DNA from: Thermoproteota archaeon
GTDB taxonomy: Archaea; Korarchaeota; Korarchaeia; Korarchaeales; Korarchaeaceae
Assembly (NCBI GenBank): GCA_027491435.1
Contig: JAOZFG010000035.1
Coordinates: 1 to 64,000 of the forward strand
Direction of reading: 5' to 3'
DNA: 64,000 nt
The notes below the pieces were generated by a model, which was not told the origin of the DNA, did not search any database, and worked only from the letters and a program-made list of their open reading frames with translations. This document shows positions 48,378 to 57,898 of the stretch, in pieces (within the stretch, counting starts at the first letter, position 1; every line of letters begins with the position of its first letter). Made by a program: the position numbers and the translations under genes.

Positions 48378-48778
48378 GCGTTGAAGAGAAGCAGCTATTA
48401 GGCGCTTATCTCCTCTGGGCGCTAATACTGGTTGTAATCTCGTTAATATCACTGGCCTTCATCTACCTGGGATGGGACAGCATGCTTAACCAGGAGGACT
48501 ACGTGAACGGCCCCTTTTACCTGCTGATGGGGATTGCTGGCCTGGGGATAGCAGGTAAGATAGCCTATGACATGAGTAAAATGAGGGCCCAGAAGGAGGA
48601 GAGGGAGCAGAAAATCTTCACCCACCTGGAGTGCGTCAACTGCGGTTGGAAGCTTGAGAGGGAGTTCAGAGAAGGGGATTACGTGGGCAGGGTGTCGCCT
48701 AACGACAAGTGCCCCAAGTGCGGGTCGTCCATGAGGGTGATGGCCATCTACACCAGGGTTAAGGAAAAGAGGGCATGA
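48374..48778 (+). CDS. Two-TM protein with a C-terminal zinc ribbon
   Basis: CVNC...REFREGDYV...CPKC. Confidence 0.75.
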   Translation: MSVEEKQLLGAYLLWALILVVISLISLAFIYLGWDSMLNQEDYVNGPFYLLMGIAGLGIAGKIAYDMSKMRAQKEEREQKIFTHLECVNCGWKLEREFREGDYVGRVSPNDKCPKCGSSMRVMAIYTRVKEKRA

Positions 48779-48779
48779 C

Positions 48780-49235
48780 ATGAGCGGGAAGAGGATAAAG
48801 ATACATGTGGTCCCATGCTTGGCCATCTTTAACAGAGAGGGCAAGATCCTACTGATGAAGAGGGCTCACAGCAAGAGGAATGGCGGAAAGTGGGAGATAC
48901 CTGGAGGGAGCCTGAGGTTCGGGGAATCTCCGAGGAGGGGGGCTTTGAGGGAGGTTAGGGAGGAGACAGGATTCAGGTTGGACCCGTTAAGCGTGATACC
49001 AGTGGACACCTTCGGCATAGTATACCCGGAGCTCAAGGTAGAGTTCGTCATACCCTTGTACGCCACCGTTGTTAACGGCGGAGAGCCTGTGTTAAGGCCT
49101 GAGGAGCACGAGGACTGGGGGTGGTTCTCCCTCAAGCAGATAAGGGACATGGAGTTTAGGGAGGAGGCCATGAAGGGCATTTACACCATGGTAACGGCGG
49201 CGATGAAGGCTCTGAAGGAGAGGGGCCTCCTTTGA
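48780..49235 (+). CDS. NUDIX hydrolase
   Basis: Nudix box PGGSLRFGESPRRGALREVREETG. Confidence 0.92.
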   Translation: MSGKRIKIHVVPCLAIFNREGKILLMKRAHSKRNGGKWEIPGGSLRFGESPRRGALREVREETGFRLDPLSVIPVDTFGIVYPELKVEFVIPLYATVVNGGEPVLRPEEHEDWGWFSLKQIRDMEFREEAMKGIYTMVTAAMKALKERGLL

Positions 49236-49969
49236 ACTGGGGCTTGCTAGCGTTGAGCGTCGCCCAGGGAATTTTAGAGTGGCTTCCGGTGAGTAGTGAG
49301 GGTCAACTCTTTCTGATAGGAAGGATCGTAGGCTTTAAGGCGGTAGAGGCCCTTAAAATAGCTTTGTTTCTTCACCTAGGGACTTCCTTGGCCGCCTTCA
49401 TCTACTACAGGAGGGAGTACTTGAGGGCCTTGAGGAAGGGGGAGGGCCTGGACTTTTTAGTGGTGGGCACCGCCTCCTCACTAGTCACCGCCGCCCCCAT
49501 AGCCCTATTCCTGGAAGAGGTCGCCAACAGTTACGAGAATTTGCTCTCCATCAGCGTGGGCCTCTTCTTGATAGGCGTAGGGCTCCTGCTGAGGAAGGCT
49601 GAGTTGAACGTTAAGAGCAAGGAGAGGCCTGACCTTAAGGACGCCCTTTTGACGGGGCTGGTCCAGGGACTGGCCCTAATGCCGGGGGTCAGCAGGTCTG
49701 CCGTGACGATATCTACCCTGATGTTGAGGGGGTTCGACCTGCGCTCTTCCTTCAAGTACTCGTTCATGTTAGGGGGTGTAGCCACGTTCATGGCTGGCCT
49801 GTCCAAGTCTGGGGATCCCGAACTCTGGTGGGTTATCCTGCCAACTTTGATCACGGGCCTCTTGACCCTTACCGCGTTGGACAGGGTTTCAAGCAGAATT
49901 AGGATGTCCACCTTCGCCATATCTTTTGGGGTCCTTTCCTTGATCCTAGCGGCCGTAAAAATTGGTTAG
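49232..49969 (+). CDS. uppP: UppP/BacA-family polyprenyl-diphosphate phosphatase
   Basis: QGILEWLPVSSEGQ, HLGT and PGVSRS motifs. Confidence 0.88.
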   Translation: MNWGLLALSVAQGILEWLPVSSEGQLFLIGRIVGFKAVEALKIALFLHLGTSLAAFIYYRREYLRALRKGEGLDFLVVGTASSLVTAAPIALFLEEVANSYENLLSISVGLFLIGVGLLLRKAELNVKSKERPDLKDALLTGLVQGLALMPGVSRSAVTISTLMLRGFDLRSSFKYSFMLGGVATFMAGLSKSGDPELWWVILPTLITGLLTLTALDRVSSRIRMSTFAISFGVLSLILAAVKIG

Positions 49970-51141
49970 GAGGGCTCTATACCCAACCTGGTGATGGGCT
50001 GCCTCCTCATCATGGTCAGGAGGACGTCTATGCTCTTCCACTTCACGTCGTCCTTGGAGACTGCGCTAAAGCCCAAGACCCTCTTCGTCTTCTTGTCGTA
50101 AACTATGTAGGCCTTATCGCCCCACCCGTTGCCTGAGACCTCCACCCTGTCGGCGTCGAACCCTTCCTTCTGGGCCTCCACGCTTGTCAGCCCCACGGAG
50201 GTCATGTGTATCCCGCCGAAGAACACATCTTTCTGGTATCTAGGGACTCTCATAGCTGCCTTGTGGCCTGCGATGGCTCTGGCGGCGTTCAGCGACATTA
50301 TAGATGCCGCTGTGCCTATTCCCAGGTACATTGGCTTGCCTGTGAGGAAGTCGTGAACTATAGCGTTATCCCCTACGGCGAATATGTTGGGATCTGAGGT
50401 CCTCCCATGCTGATCAGCGTTTATCACCCACCCCTCGTAGAGGTCTAAGCCTATCTGCTTGGCCAGCGCTATGTTAGGGTCAACTCCAGTGGCTATGTAT
50501 ATCAGATCCGCCTTGACCTCCCTCCCGTCGTCTAGCACGACCGCTCCGTCCTTGACCTCCTTAGGAGTCCCCTTGACGAATTCAACTCCCTTCTCAGCTA
50601 ACCTGTTCTGAATTTCCTCGGAGAGCTCGGGCTCTAAGGCCTTTCTCATAACCCTAGACCTAACTATGACGTAAGGCTTGGCCCCGATCCCCCTAGCGGC
50701 GTCAGCCACGTGTAAGGCTACGAAGCTTGCCCCTATTATAGCTACTTCCGAAGGTGACTCATCAATGAGTTTTTGAACGTCTTCCAGCCTCCTGAAGCCC
50801 AAGGCCTTATCAGACCCCTTTATCCTCTTACTCCTAGAGGGATGGGATCCCGTCGCCAATATGAGGTAATCGTAGGGTATTGTCTCCCCGTTCTCCAACA
50901 CTACCTCCTTCTGCTCCCTCTTCACCTTGGTGACCCTGCCCTGTATTATTTCCACCTCAGACTCTATGTGCGACGTCCTTACTTTGATGTCAATACCTTG
51001 AGTTACCAGCCTCAACTTGTGTCTCACGTAAGGTAGCTCATCACCTATTAAGGTGATCTTAGCGTCAGGGACGAACTTGAGTGACTTGAAAGCAGCGCCA
51101 AGGCCGCCAATACCCATGCCTACGATGACTATCTTAGGCAC
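49966..51141 (-). CDS. FAD-dependent pyridine nucleotide-disulfide oxidoreductase family protein
   Basis: GMGIGG, YDYLILATGS, ATG and IFAVGD motifs. Confidence 0.82.
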   Translation of the reverse strand: MPKIVIVGMGIGGLGAAFKSLKFVPDAKITLIGDELPYVRHKLRLVTQGIDIKVRTSHIESEVEIIQGRVTKVKREQKEVVLENGETIPYDYLILATGSHPSRSKRIKGSDKALGFRRLEDVQKLIDESPSEVAIIGASFVALHVADAARGIGAKPYVIVRSRVMRKALEPELSEEIQNRLAEKGVEFVKGTPKEVKDGAVVLDDGREVKADLIYIATGVDPNIALAKQIGLDLYEGWVINADQHGRTSDPNIFAVGDNAIVHDFLTGKPMYLGIGTAASIMSLNAARAIAGHKAAMRVPRYQKDVFFGGIHMTSVGLTSVEAQKEGFDADRVEVSGNGWGDKAYIVYDKKTKRVLGFSAVSKDDVKWKSIDVLLTMMRRQPITRLGIEPS

Positions 51142-51195
51142 GCTATCACCGATCAGCGGGGTATAGGAAATTGATAAAACTATCCACTTTTCTCA

Positions 51196-52485
51196 CTAGC
51201 CGAAGACCAAGGACTCCCTGTCGAACATCTTAGAGCTTAACACCAGGAATACGGCTAAGTACAGTAGAGTAAAGGCTAGAGAGGTGAGCACGTTTGTCCA
51301 ATTGGGGTTCACTATCAAATCCCTGGCTAACATAGCTAGCGAGGCTATTGGCAGTAACCTCATGAGCCAGTAGAGTGATTGAGGAACGTATGGAACAGCT
51401 ATCATCGGGACCATCAGGATCATCACCAGGAAGCCCACGTACTGCTGGGCCTCCTTGAAGCTCTTCGCCAGGGAGGCGGCCATAACCATTATGGCATTGC
51501 CGGTAAGACCTCCCAGCACCACCGTTAGAAGCACCCCAGATATGAACAGGGGAAGCCTGCTGGGCTCTATTATCTGGGTGGCCATGGCGGCGGTCTGGTT
51601 ATCGTAGGGCACTGCCATGGGGGAGACCATCAGTGAGACGCCCACTAGTGAGGAAACTATCGTGGAAACTCCACTGAGGAAGGAGAGCAGTGTTAGGGTG
51701 GTGAACTTGCCTAGAAGTATCTCTATCCTCTTAACTGGAGCCGTTAGGAGGGCCTCTATGGTTTTCCTCTCCCTCTCCCCAGCTATCATGTCTATGGCAA
51801 AGGTTCCCGCCCCCGTTATGGCTATGATCCCAACCATCAAGGGGATTATCATGGCGGCCATTATCTCGCCAGGACTGACCTGCTCCCCCTCGGCGGTCAC
51901 CTGCACGCTTATGGATTGAACCGGCGATATGTACTCTTCGGTAAGGTTGACCGCTTCCAGCCTCCGCTTGAGCACCTTCTCCGAGTAGTCGTTGATGGCC
52001 TCCTGTACCAAGGACATGGCCAAGGTGGACCTCATCTGGTAGGGATCGTAATAATAGTAGATGACCCCACTCCCCCCAGAGGAGACGTTCGAGTAGAAGC
52101 CTTGGGGCACCTCCACCACTAAGTCGTAGCCCTGGTTTATTATCAGGTCTGTCACGTTAACTGGCTCCACCTTTATGGTCAGGTTGACGTCTTTCAGCTC
52201 CCTGAAGTAGTTCGCTATTTCTATGGCCTCCGGGTCCTGGATGCTCACCATGATCCTAGGAGGGACGGTCTTTGGGCTCATTATCATCATGGGCAGCGCT
52301 ATGAAAATGGGCATCATTATGGCTGGCAGCAATATGACGTTTACTATGGTCCTCCTGTCCCTTAAAGCTTCAACTAGTTCCTTCCAGGCAACTACCAGCC
52401 AAGGTTTATCGGGTAAAGAGTAACCAAGCTGTCCCAGCCCCCTAGTAACCCTGACCACGCCCGAGCTTCCCTTAAACAGCCTCAC
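51196..52485 (-). CDS. NatB-like ABC exporter permease
   Basis: KELVEALRDRR, AGERERKTIEALL and AKSFKEAQ motifs. Confidence 0.85.
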   Translation of the reverse strand: MRLFKGSSGVVRVTRGLGQLGYSLPDKPWLVVAWKELVEALRDRRTIVNVILLPAIMMPIFIALPMMIMSPKTVPPRIMVSIQDPEAIEIANYFRELKDVNLTIKVEPVNVTDLIINQGYDLVVEVPQGFYSNVSSGGSGVIYYYYDPYQMRSTLAMSLVQEAINDYSEKVLKRRLEAVNLTEEYISPVQSISVQVTAEGEQVSPGEIMAAMIIPLMVGIIAITGAGTFAIDMIAGERERKTIEALLTAPVKRIEILLGKFTTLTLLSFLSGVSTIVSSLVGVSLMVSPMAVPYDNQTAAMATQIIEPSRLPLFISGVLLTVVLGGLTGNAIMVMAASLAKSFKEAQQYVGFLVMILMVPMIAVPYVPQSLYWLMRLLPIASLAMLARDLIVNPNWTNVLTSLAFTLLYLAVFLVLSSKMFDRESLVFG

Positions 52486-53212
52486 CTACCTCACCCTTAA
52501 CCAGCTTGACGAAGACCTCCTCAAACTCCTTGCTCTCAGATAGCCTCTTCAACTCTTCCACGCTTCCCAGGTGCTGCAACTTCCCCCTATTTATTATCGC
52601 CACGGTCTTGCAGAGCCTCTCCACTTCCCACATGTTGTGGGAGGAGAATATGATAGTACTGCCTTCTTGGGCGTATTGCCTTATCAGAGACCTTATCTCC
52701 CTGGCGCTCATGACGTCCACCCCAGAAGTGGGTTCATCAAGTATTAGAAGGGGCGGCTTATTCAGAACAGCCCTGGCGAAGGCCAACTTTCTTTTCTGAC
52801 CCTTCGACAGCTTATCGGCTATAACGTACCTCTTCTCCTCTAGGTCCAGTGCCTCTAGCAGCTCCTTAACCCTCCTCCTCAGCTCGGCCTCATCCATGCC
52901 TTTAAGCTTGCCGAAGTAGATCAGGTTCTCCTCGGCCGTTAACCTGGGGTAAACGCTGCTCTCTTCCGGGAGCACTCCCATGTAAGACCTGGCCTTCACG
53001 GGATCCCTGACTACGTCGACGCCCATCACTCTGACCGTCCCTCTGGTCGGCCTTAGCACCCCGTATATCATCCTAAGGGTGGTTGTCTTGCCGGCCCCGT
53101 TAGGCCCTAAAAGACCGAAGATGTCGCCCTTATCAACGTGGAAGGTTAACCCGTCCACGGCCACTAGCTCCCCGAACCTCTTGGTAAGTTCTACGACTTC
53201 TAAAACCTTCAT
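52472..53212 (-). CDS. NatA-like ABC exporter ATPase
   Basis: GPNGAGKTT, LSKGQ, LDEPTSG and SSH motifs. Confidence 0.9.
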   Translation of the reverse strand: MKVLEVVELTKRFGELVAVDGLTFHVDKGDIFGLLGPNGAGKTTTLRMIYGVLRPTRGTVRVMGVDVVRDPVKARSYMGVLPEESSVYPRLTAEENLIYFGKLKGMDEAELRRRVKELLEALDLEEKRYVIADKLSKGQKRKLAFARAVLNKPPLLILDEPTSGVDVMSAREIRSLIRQYAQEGSTIIFSSHNMWEVERLCKTVAIINRGKLQHLGSVEELKRLSESKEFEEVFVKLVKGEVGEAV

Positions 53213-53272
53213 CGTTGTTTACTGAACCTACAGCCTTTTAACTTTTTATTTGAGTTCCGTGGGCTTCAAGGG

Positions 53273-54541
53273 ATGAGGTCTACCCTGCTGTTGGCGGTCA
53301 TGCTGCTACTTTCAACTACAGTACTGGAGGCTAAGGGACAAAACGTTTACGTTGCGACCTCCGCAGATGAAACTCTGGCCGGTCAGCCAATAGCCCTCAC
53401 CCTGAGGTTCGAGAAGGGGCATAGGGGAAAAATAGTGGGCTTCCACCTGGAAGTGCTTGTCCCAAAGGACTGGAAGAGGGAGCTAATAGAGCTAGAGGTC
53501 ATAAATCCTGAGGGGGAGTACCTGAGCAAGGACGTCAAGGTGATAAATGAGACTATCTTCGAGTACCGTGGGGAGGAGGTCTCCGCCGGGCATATGACGA
53601 TAAAGCTAACCCCTCCTGTTTACTCGCCGACCAAGACCTACAAGTTCGAGGTCATGGGCTACCTGGAGCTGGACACCCCCTTAGGAATTCAGAGAGCTTA
53701 CGTTACTGGGGAAGCCAAGGTTCTGGTGAGGCACTGGGAGCCCTTCGTCCTGATGAACCTCTCGAAGGGCGTGGCGATACCCCCTGATATAGTGGTGGTC
53801 CACGTGAAGGTGGCCTCAAGCCCCCCCTTGCCTAAGGCCGACATGAAGGACGTGAACGTCCTCATAACCTCGTCGGTCACCGGGGTAGTCTTCAACAAGA
53901 CCATACTCTACTGGCCTTACGGACATCCTGCTGCGATCTGGAGGATCCCCATAAAGGTGCAGCCTGATACTAAGCCTGGAGAGCACCTGATAAAGGTTAA
54001 GGTGAGCTACACCCTTGGGAAGAACAGGTATTCGACTGAGGTAAATGGTAGCTTCATCGTGGAGAAGCCCTCAGTCGTCAGGGCTGAGGAGGTGAGTTAC
54101 ACGAAAGAGATCGAGCCAGGTAAGCCTGCTTGGGTTAACTTAACCTTGGTGAATCCCTCGCCCTTTCCAGCATACGACGTAGAGGTTCACGTCAGGCTTG
54201 GCAAGAAGCACGTTGTCAAGACCATTAAAAAGCTCGAGGCCGCTCAGTTCAAAGAAATAAGCTTCAAGTTCAGGACAGATGCTTTAAAAGAGGGAAATCT
54301 ATCCCTCCAAGCCTGGCTGGTGTGGAAGAGCGAGTACCCGAGGGAGACGAGGGAAAAACCCTTCCTGAACGCCACCATCAGGATAGCTCCCGGAGGGGGC
54401 GTCGACTATAATATTGTTGCCCTAGCCGTCCTGGCGGTGCTTGGAGTTGCGGCAGTTAAGTACGTGGTTAAGAGGAGAGGAGATAAAAAGGTTAAGGGAA
54501 CTGGGCCTGAAGAGGGGATACCTGAGGCCAACCAAGTCTGA
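53273..54541 (+). CDS. Surface protein with Ig/CARDB-like beta domains and a C-terminal TM
   Basis: Signal peptide, beta-strand patterns, TM followed by KRR. Confidence 0.7.
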   Translation: MRSTLLLAVMLLLSTTVLEAKGQNVYVATSADETLAGQPIALTLRFEKGHRGKIVGFHLEVLVPKDWKRELIELEVINPEGEYLSKDVKVINETIFEYRGEEVSAGHMTIKLTPPVYSPTKTYKFEVMGYLELDTPLGIQRAYVTGEAKVLVRHWEPFVLMNLSKGVAIPPDIVVVHVKVASSPPLPKADMKDVNVLITSSVTGVVFNKTILYWPYGHPAAIWRIPIKVQPDTKPGEHLIKVKVSYTLGKNRYSTEVNGSFIVEKPSVVRAEEVSYTKEIEPGKPAWVNLTLVNPSPFPAYDVEVHVRLGKKHVVKTIKKLEAAQFKEISFKFRTDALKEGNLSLQAWLVWKSEYPRETREKPFLNATIRIAPGGGVDYNIVALAVLAVLGVAAVKYVVKRRGDKKVKGTGPEEGIPEANQV

Positions 54542-55145
54542 GTGGGAGTTATTTCGGTTGGAATCCCCTGAAGGGAAGGCCATAGTTTACAAGAGCGGCA
54601 AGGTCGTCTTTCACGAGCCCCTTAGGGGCTTAATCCTCTCCTCTTTGATGGAAGAACCTGGCGTAGAGGTCGGGTCCGATGAGGCAGGCAAGGGAGAGAG
54701 CGAGGGCGCAATAGTAGTGGCAGCGGTCGCCCTGGATGATAAAGCTAGAAAGGAGCTCAGGTCGTTGGGCCTCCTAGAAAGTAAGTCAATACCTAAGGCT
54801 AGGATTCCGGAAATCTTCAGGGAGATAAGTGCTAGAGCCTTGTACGTATCGGCTAAGGTCGTGACCCCCGAGGAGTTCAGGTCCCTTTGGAGAGAGGGTA
54901 ACCTGAACGATCTGCTGGCGAGCTGGCATAAACAGGTCGTCACGGACTGCCTCACCCACGTCAAGGTTGACAGGGTCATTATCGACTCTTTTGACAGAAA
55001 GAGGCTTGAGAGGGCCTTTTCGGGCCTGGGAATCCCCGTAACCCTTGAGGCCGGCGCCGACAAGAAGTACGTGAGCGTGGCGGCCGCCAGCCTAGTGGCC
55101 AGGTACTTGAGGGACCTCAATTCAAAGGGGAAAAAGTGGTCATAG
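54441..55145 (+). CDS. Type 2 RNase H, HIII-like, with a short C-terminus
   Basis: [12 protein letters not shown]-domain; [17 protein letters not shown] and VAAASLVAR motifs. Confidence 0.75.
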   Translation: MELRQLSTWLRGEEIKRLRELGLKRGYLRPTKSEWELFRLESPEGKAIVYKSGKVVFHEPLRGLILSSLMEEPGVEVGSDEAGKGESEGAIVVAAVALDDKARKELRSLGLLESKSIPKARIPEIFREISARALYVSAKVVTPEEFRSLWREGNLNDLLASWHKQVVTDCLTHVKVDRVIIDSFDRKRLERAFSGLGIPVTLEAGADKKYVSVAAASLVARYLRDLNSKGKKWS

Positions 55146-55640
55146 GGGATGCTTGTAACCTATCTTCCTGAGGAACTCCACCCTCTCCTTCACGTCCTCC
55201 TCCTTCTCAACCCCGGTCGGGGTGCCCCCGTCTATCACCCCCAGGATCCCCCTGCCGTCACCTACGTCCGCTACCACTACCTTAAGCGGGTTAGCAGTGG
55301 CGGCATGAATTGTGACTATCTCCGGTACGGTCCTAAGCCTGGGCAACACGTTGATAGGCCACGCGTCCTTCATTATTATAATTAGGCAGTGGCCTGCTGC
55401 CACCTTCTGAGCCCTCTTAACGGCTTCCTCTACCAGCTGAGGATCGTTTCCCCCTTTCCTTATCAGCCTTGGACCAGACGACTCGCAAAAAGCGAAGCCG
55501 AACTTTATGGTGGGGGCTGAGTCAGCTAACGCTTCATAAACGTCCTCTACGGTCTTTATGAAGTGAGAGGTGGCCAATATTATGTTAGTCCCCTCGGGAG
55601 GAGAGATGTCCACAACCTCCAGCTTGAGGTCCATACTCAC
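55140..55640 (-). CDS. Adenosine-specific kinase family (DUF355-like) protein
   Basis: [31 protein letters not shown] and IGYK motifs. Confidence 0.85.
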   Translation of the reverse strand: MSMDLKLEVVDISPPEGTNIILATSHFIKTVEDVYEALADSAPTIKFGFAFCESSGPRLIRKGGNDPQLVEEAVKRAQKVAAGHCLIIIMKDAWPINVLPRLRTVPEIVTIHAATANPLKVVVADVGDGRGILGVIDGGTPTGVEKEEDVKERVEFLRKIGYKHPL

Positions 55641-56023
55641 TCCTCCCCAACTATTTCTATCATCTTCTTCAACATTTCCACGAGTTTATCCTTCCTCAAA
55701 CTGTAGATCCTGAACTTGCCCTTAACCTTACCCTTAACTATACCTGCAGCCTTAAGGTCGGATAGGTGATGGGAGATCAAGGACTGGTCCTTCTCCAGGA
55801 GGTTCGAGAGAATGCACACCGGGAAATCGCTGGCAGCTAACAAAAACACTATCTCGAGTTTGGTCTGATTGGAAAGGGCTTTGAAAACTTGGGCCATCTC
55901 CTCAGTATCCTTGACCTCTTCCAGCTTCTCCAACGCTTCCTCTATTCCAGGTAGAAATTCTGAAGCGTTTTCGGCGCATCTCTCCTGAATTTTCTTTAAA
56001 ACCTCGCTAACCTGTTCGGCCAT
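55637..56023 (-). CDS. ArsR/SmtB family transcriptional regulator
   Basis: [27 protein letters not shown]; start at MAEQ after AGGTGGT. Confidence 0.85.
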   Translation of the reverse strand: MAEQVSEVLKKIQERCAENASEFLPGIEEALEKLEEVKDTEEMAQVFKALSNQTKLEIVFLLAASDFPVCILSNLLEKDQSLISHHLSDLKAAGIVKGKVKGKFRIYSLRKDKLVEMLKKMIEIVGEE

Positions 56024-56300
56024 ACATACCACCTGAACATATGTATCTCTGTTAGGCAACAGTTCTATTAATTAAGTTTTACCTTACCCACCGAGACAAG
56101 CGCTTATATGTCGATTGGAAACTGGTTCACACATCATATTATTTATTCTTTACGGCCCTAAAAATTCAGGAAAATACCTATCATGTACGGGCCCCACCCT
56201 CAGTCACCCGTTACTGGTGAGGAGAAGTAAAAAGTAATTATTTAACTTTACGTAATCCGTAAGAAGCAGGGTTATATTAGATGTTGGGGGCGATGACCAG

Positions 56301-57395
56301 ATGTGGGACGTAGCTGTCGTCGGAGCAGGGCCTGCTGGGTCTGTCTCAGCTTACCTACTGTCAAAAAAGGGGTTTAAAGTTCTGCTCCTGGACAGGCAAT
56401 CGTTTCCCAGGGACAAGCCTTGCGGAGGAGGCATAACCTTCAGGACGCATAAGGTGCTCAGGGAGGTTGGGCTGGAAGATTACCCTGTGGAGAGGCCCCA
56501 CTCAGAGGTGTTGATAAAGGGCTTCGGTTTTGAGGTCAGAGTCGAGCATAGACCGTTCGCAATAAACCTGGTTAAAAGGGAGAGTTTTGACCACTTTCTA
56601 ATGGAGAGGGCGGTCGAGGAGGGGACCACCTTCAAGAGGGGAAACGTGACAGCCGTGAAAAGCGAACCCGAAGGGGTTAAGCTGCTGGGCGTAAACGAAT
56701 ATGCTTCTTACGTTGTAGGTGCTGACGGGGCCAACTCATTAGTGGCCAGGTCTTCAGGGCTAAGGAATGGCTGGGGTAAAGAGGAGACAATATACGCTTT
56801 GGAGGGATCGGCCCCCCTGAGCGAGGTGCTCACCTTCATAGTAGACGCCGCCCCCATGGGATACGGGTGGATATTCCCCAGGGCTTCAGATTCCAACGCA
56901 GGCGTCGGGGGATTGGCCACTAAGGCTGTGGAGATTAAGAGGGCCTTCCAGGAGTTCTCCAAGAGGCACGGGATTAGGGACGTGAAGGCAGCTATAATAC
57001 CAATTGGGGGGATTGACTTGCCCTCCTCCGCTCACAGGATCTTCTTGGTAGGGGATTCCGCCGGGATGGTAGATCCGCTGACCGGTGAGGGCATTTACTA
57101 CGCCGTGAAGGAGGCTACTCTCCTTTCCAAAGCCTTCGAAGCTGATGATCCGGTGAGCAGGTATGAGGAGCTCCTTTTAGAGGTTAGGGAGGAATTAAGG
57201 CTCAAGAGGAAAGCGTTCAGGATAATAGTCCCTAGAATAGGCTTTTTCTTCAAGATATTCGCCGCCTACCCTGAGATAGCCAGGAGGTACATGCTAACCT
57301 CTATAGGAGAGATACCGTTTAAGGACTTCTGGGGGTGGGCCGTCAAGAGGATACCTAGGGCCTCCTTTAGCCTTCTGTTCCACAGGTTCAAGTAA
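56301..57395 (+). CDS. Geranylgeranyl reductase family flavoprotein
   Basis: GAGPAG, DKPCGGG, GADG, GYGWIFP, GDSAG and GEGI motifs. Confidence 0.9.
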   Translation: MWDVAVVGAGPAGSVSAYLLSKKGFKVLLLDRQSFPRDKPCGGGITFRTHKVLREVGLEDYPVERPHSEVLIKGFGFEVRVEHRPFAINLVKRESFDHFLMERAVEEGTTFKRGNVTAVKSEPEGVKLLGVNEYASYVVGADGANSLVARSSGLRNGWGKEETIYALEGSAPLSEVLTFIVDAAPMGYGWIFPRASDSNAGVGGLATKAVEIKRAFQEFSKRHGIRDVKAAIIPIGGIDLPSSAHRIFLVGDSAGMVDPLTGEGIYYAVKEATLLSKAFEADDPVSRYEELLLEVREELRLKRKAFRIIVPRIGFFFKIFAAYPEIARRYMLTSIGEIPFKDFWGWAVKRIPRASFSLLFHRFK

Positions 57396-57854
57396 GCCGT
57401 GCGTCAGCCTCTGTTCCCTCCTTACGCCTAACCATATATCTATCGCCTCCTTCACCGTCTCCTCCACCCTTAGATTCGCCTTTCCCCTCTTAACCCCGGG
57501 GCATCTGGCGTCGAAGTAGACGTAGAAGGATCCCCTGTAGTTTATGTAAGCTTCCTCAGCGTGTCCGTGAACCGGCCTCTCGTAAACGTAAATGGGCCAG
57601 AGCTTACAGGCCACTGGCTTAATCCCCATTAGGTCCAGAGAGCAGAGCTCCTTGCCGCCAGCCCTAAAGAGAAAGGGGCATTGGGTGCCTGGCTCCTTAC
57701 CTATGTAGACTTTGCCGGCGATAGTCTTCAAAGGGGCTCCCAAGGAGGCCAAGATTTTGGCCTCTATGGGCTTCAGGGGGACCATAAAATGGTAACAGCA
57801 CAGGCCACACTGGTAGCAGGTGAAGGATGACACCCTCCTCCACGGAAGGTGCAT
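57294..57854 (-). CDS. YkgJ-family CxxCxxCC protein
   Basis: FTCYQCGLCC, CPFL and KPVACKLWP motifs. Confidence 0.85.
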   Translation of the reverse strand: MHLPWRRVSSFTCYQCGLCCYHFMVPLKPIEAKILASLGAPLKTIAGKVYIGKEPGTQCPFLFRAGGKELCSLDLMGIKPVACKLWPIYVYERPVHGHAEEAYINYRGSFYVYFDARCPGVKRGKANLRVEETVKEAIDIWLGVRREQRLTHGLLEPVEQKAKGGPRYPLDGPPPEVLKRYLSYRG

Positions 57855-57898
57855 CTGCAGTATGAGTTGACCACCCCCTTTATTACGATTATCCGTAG

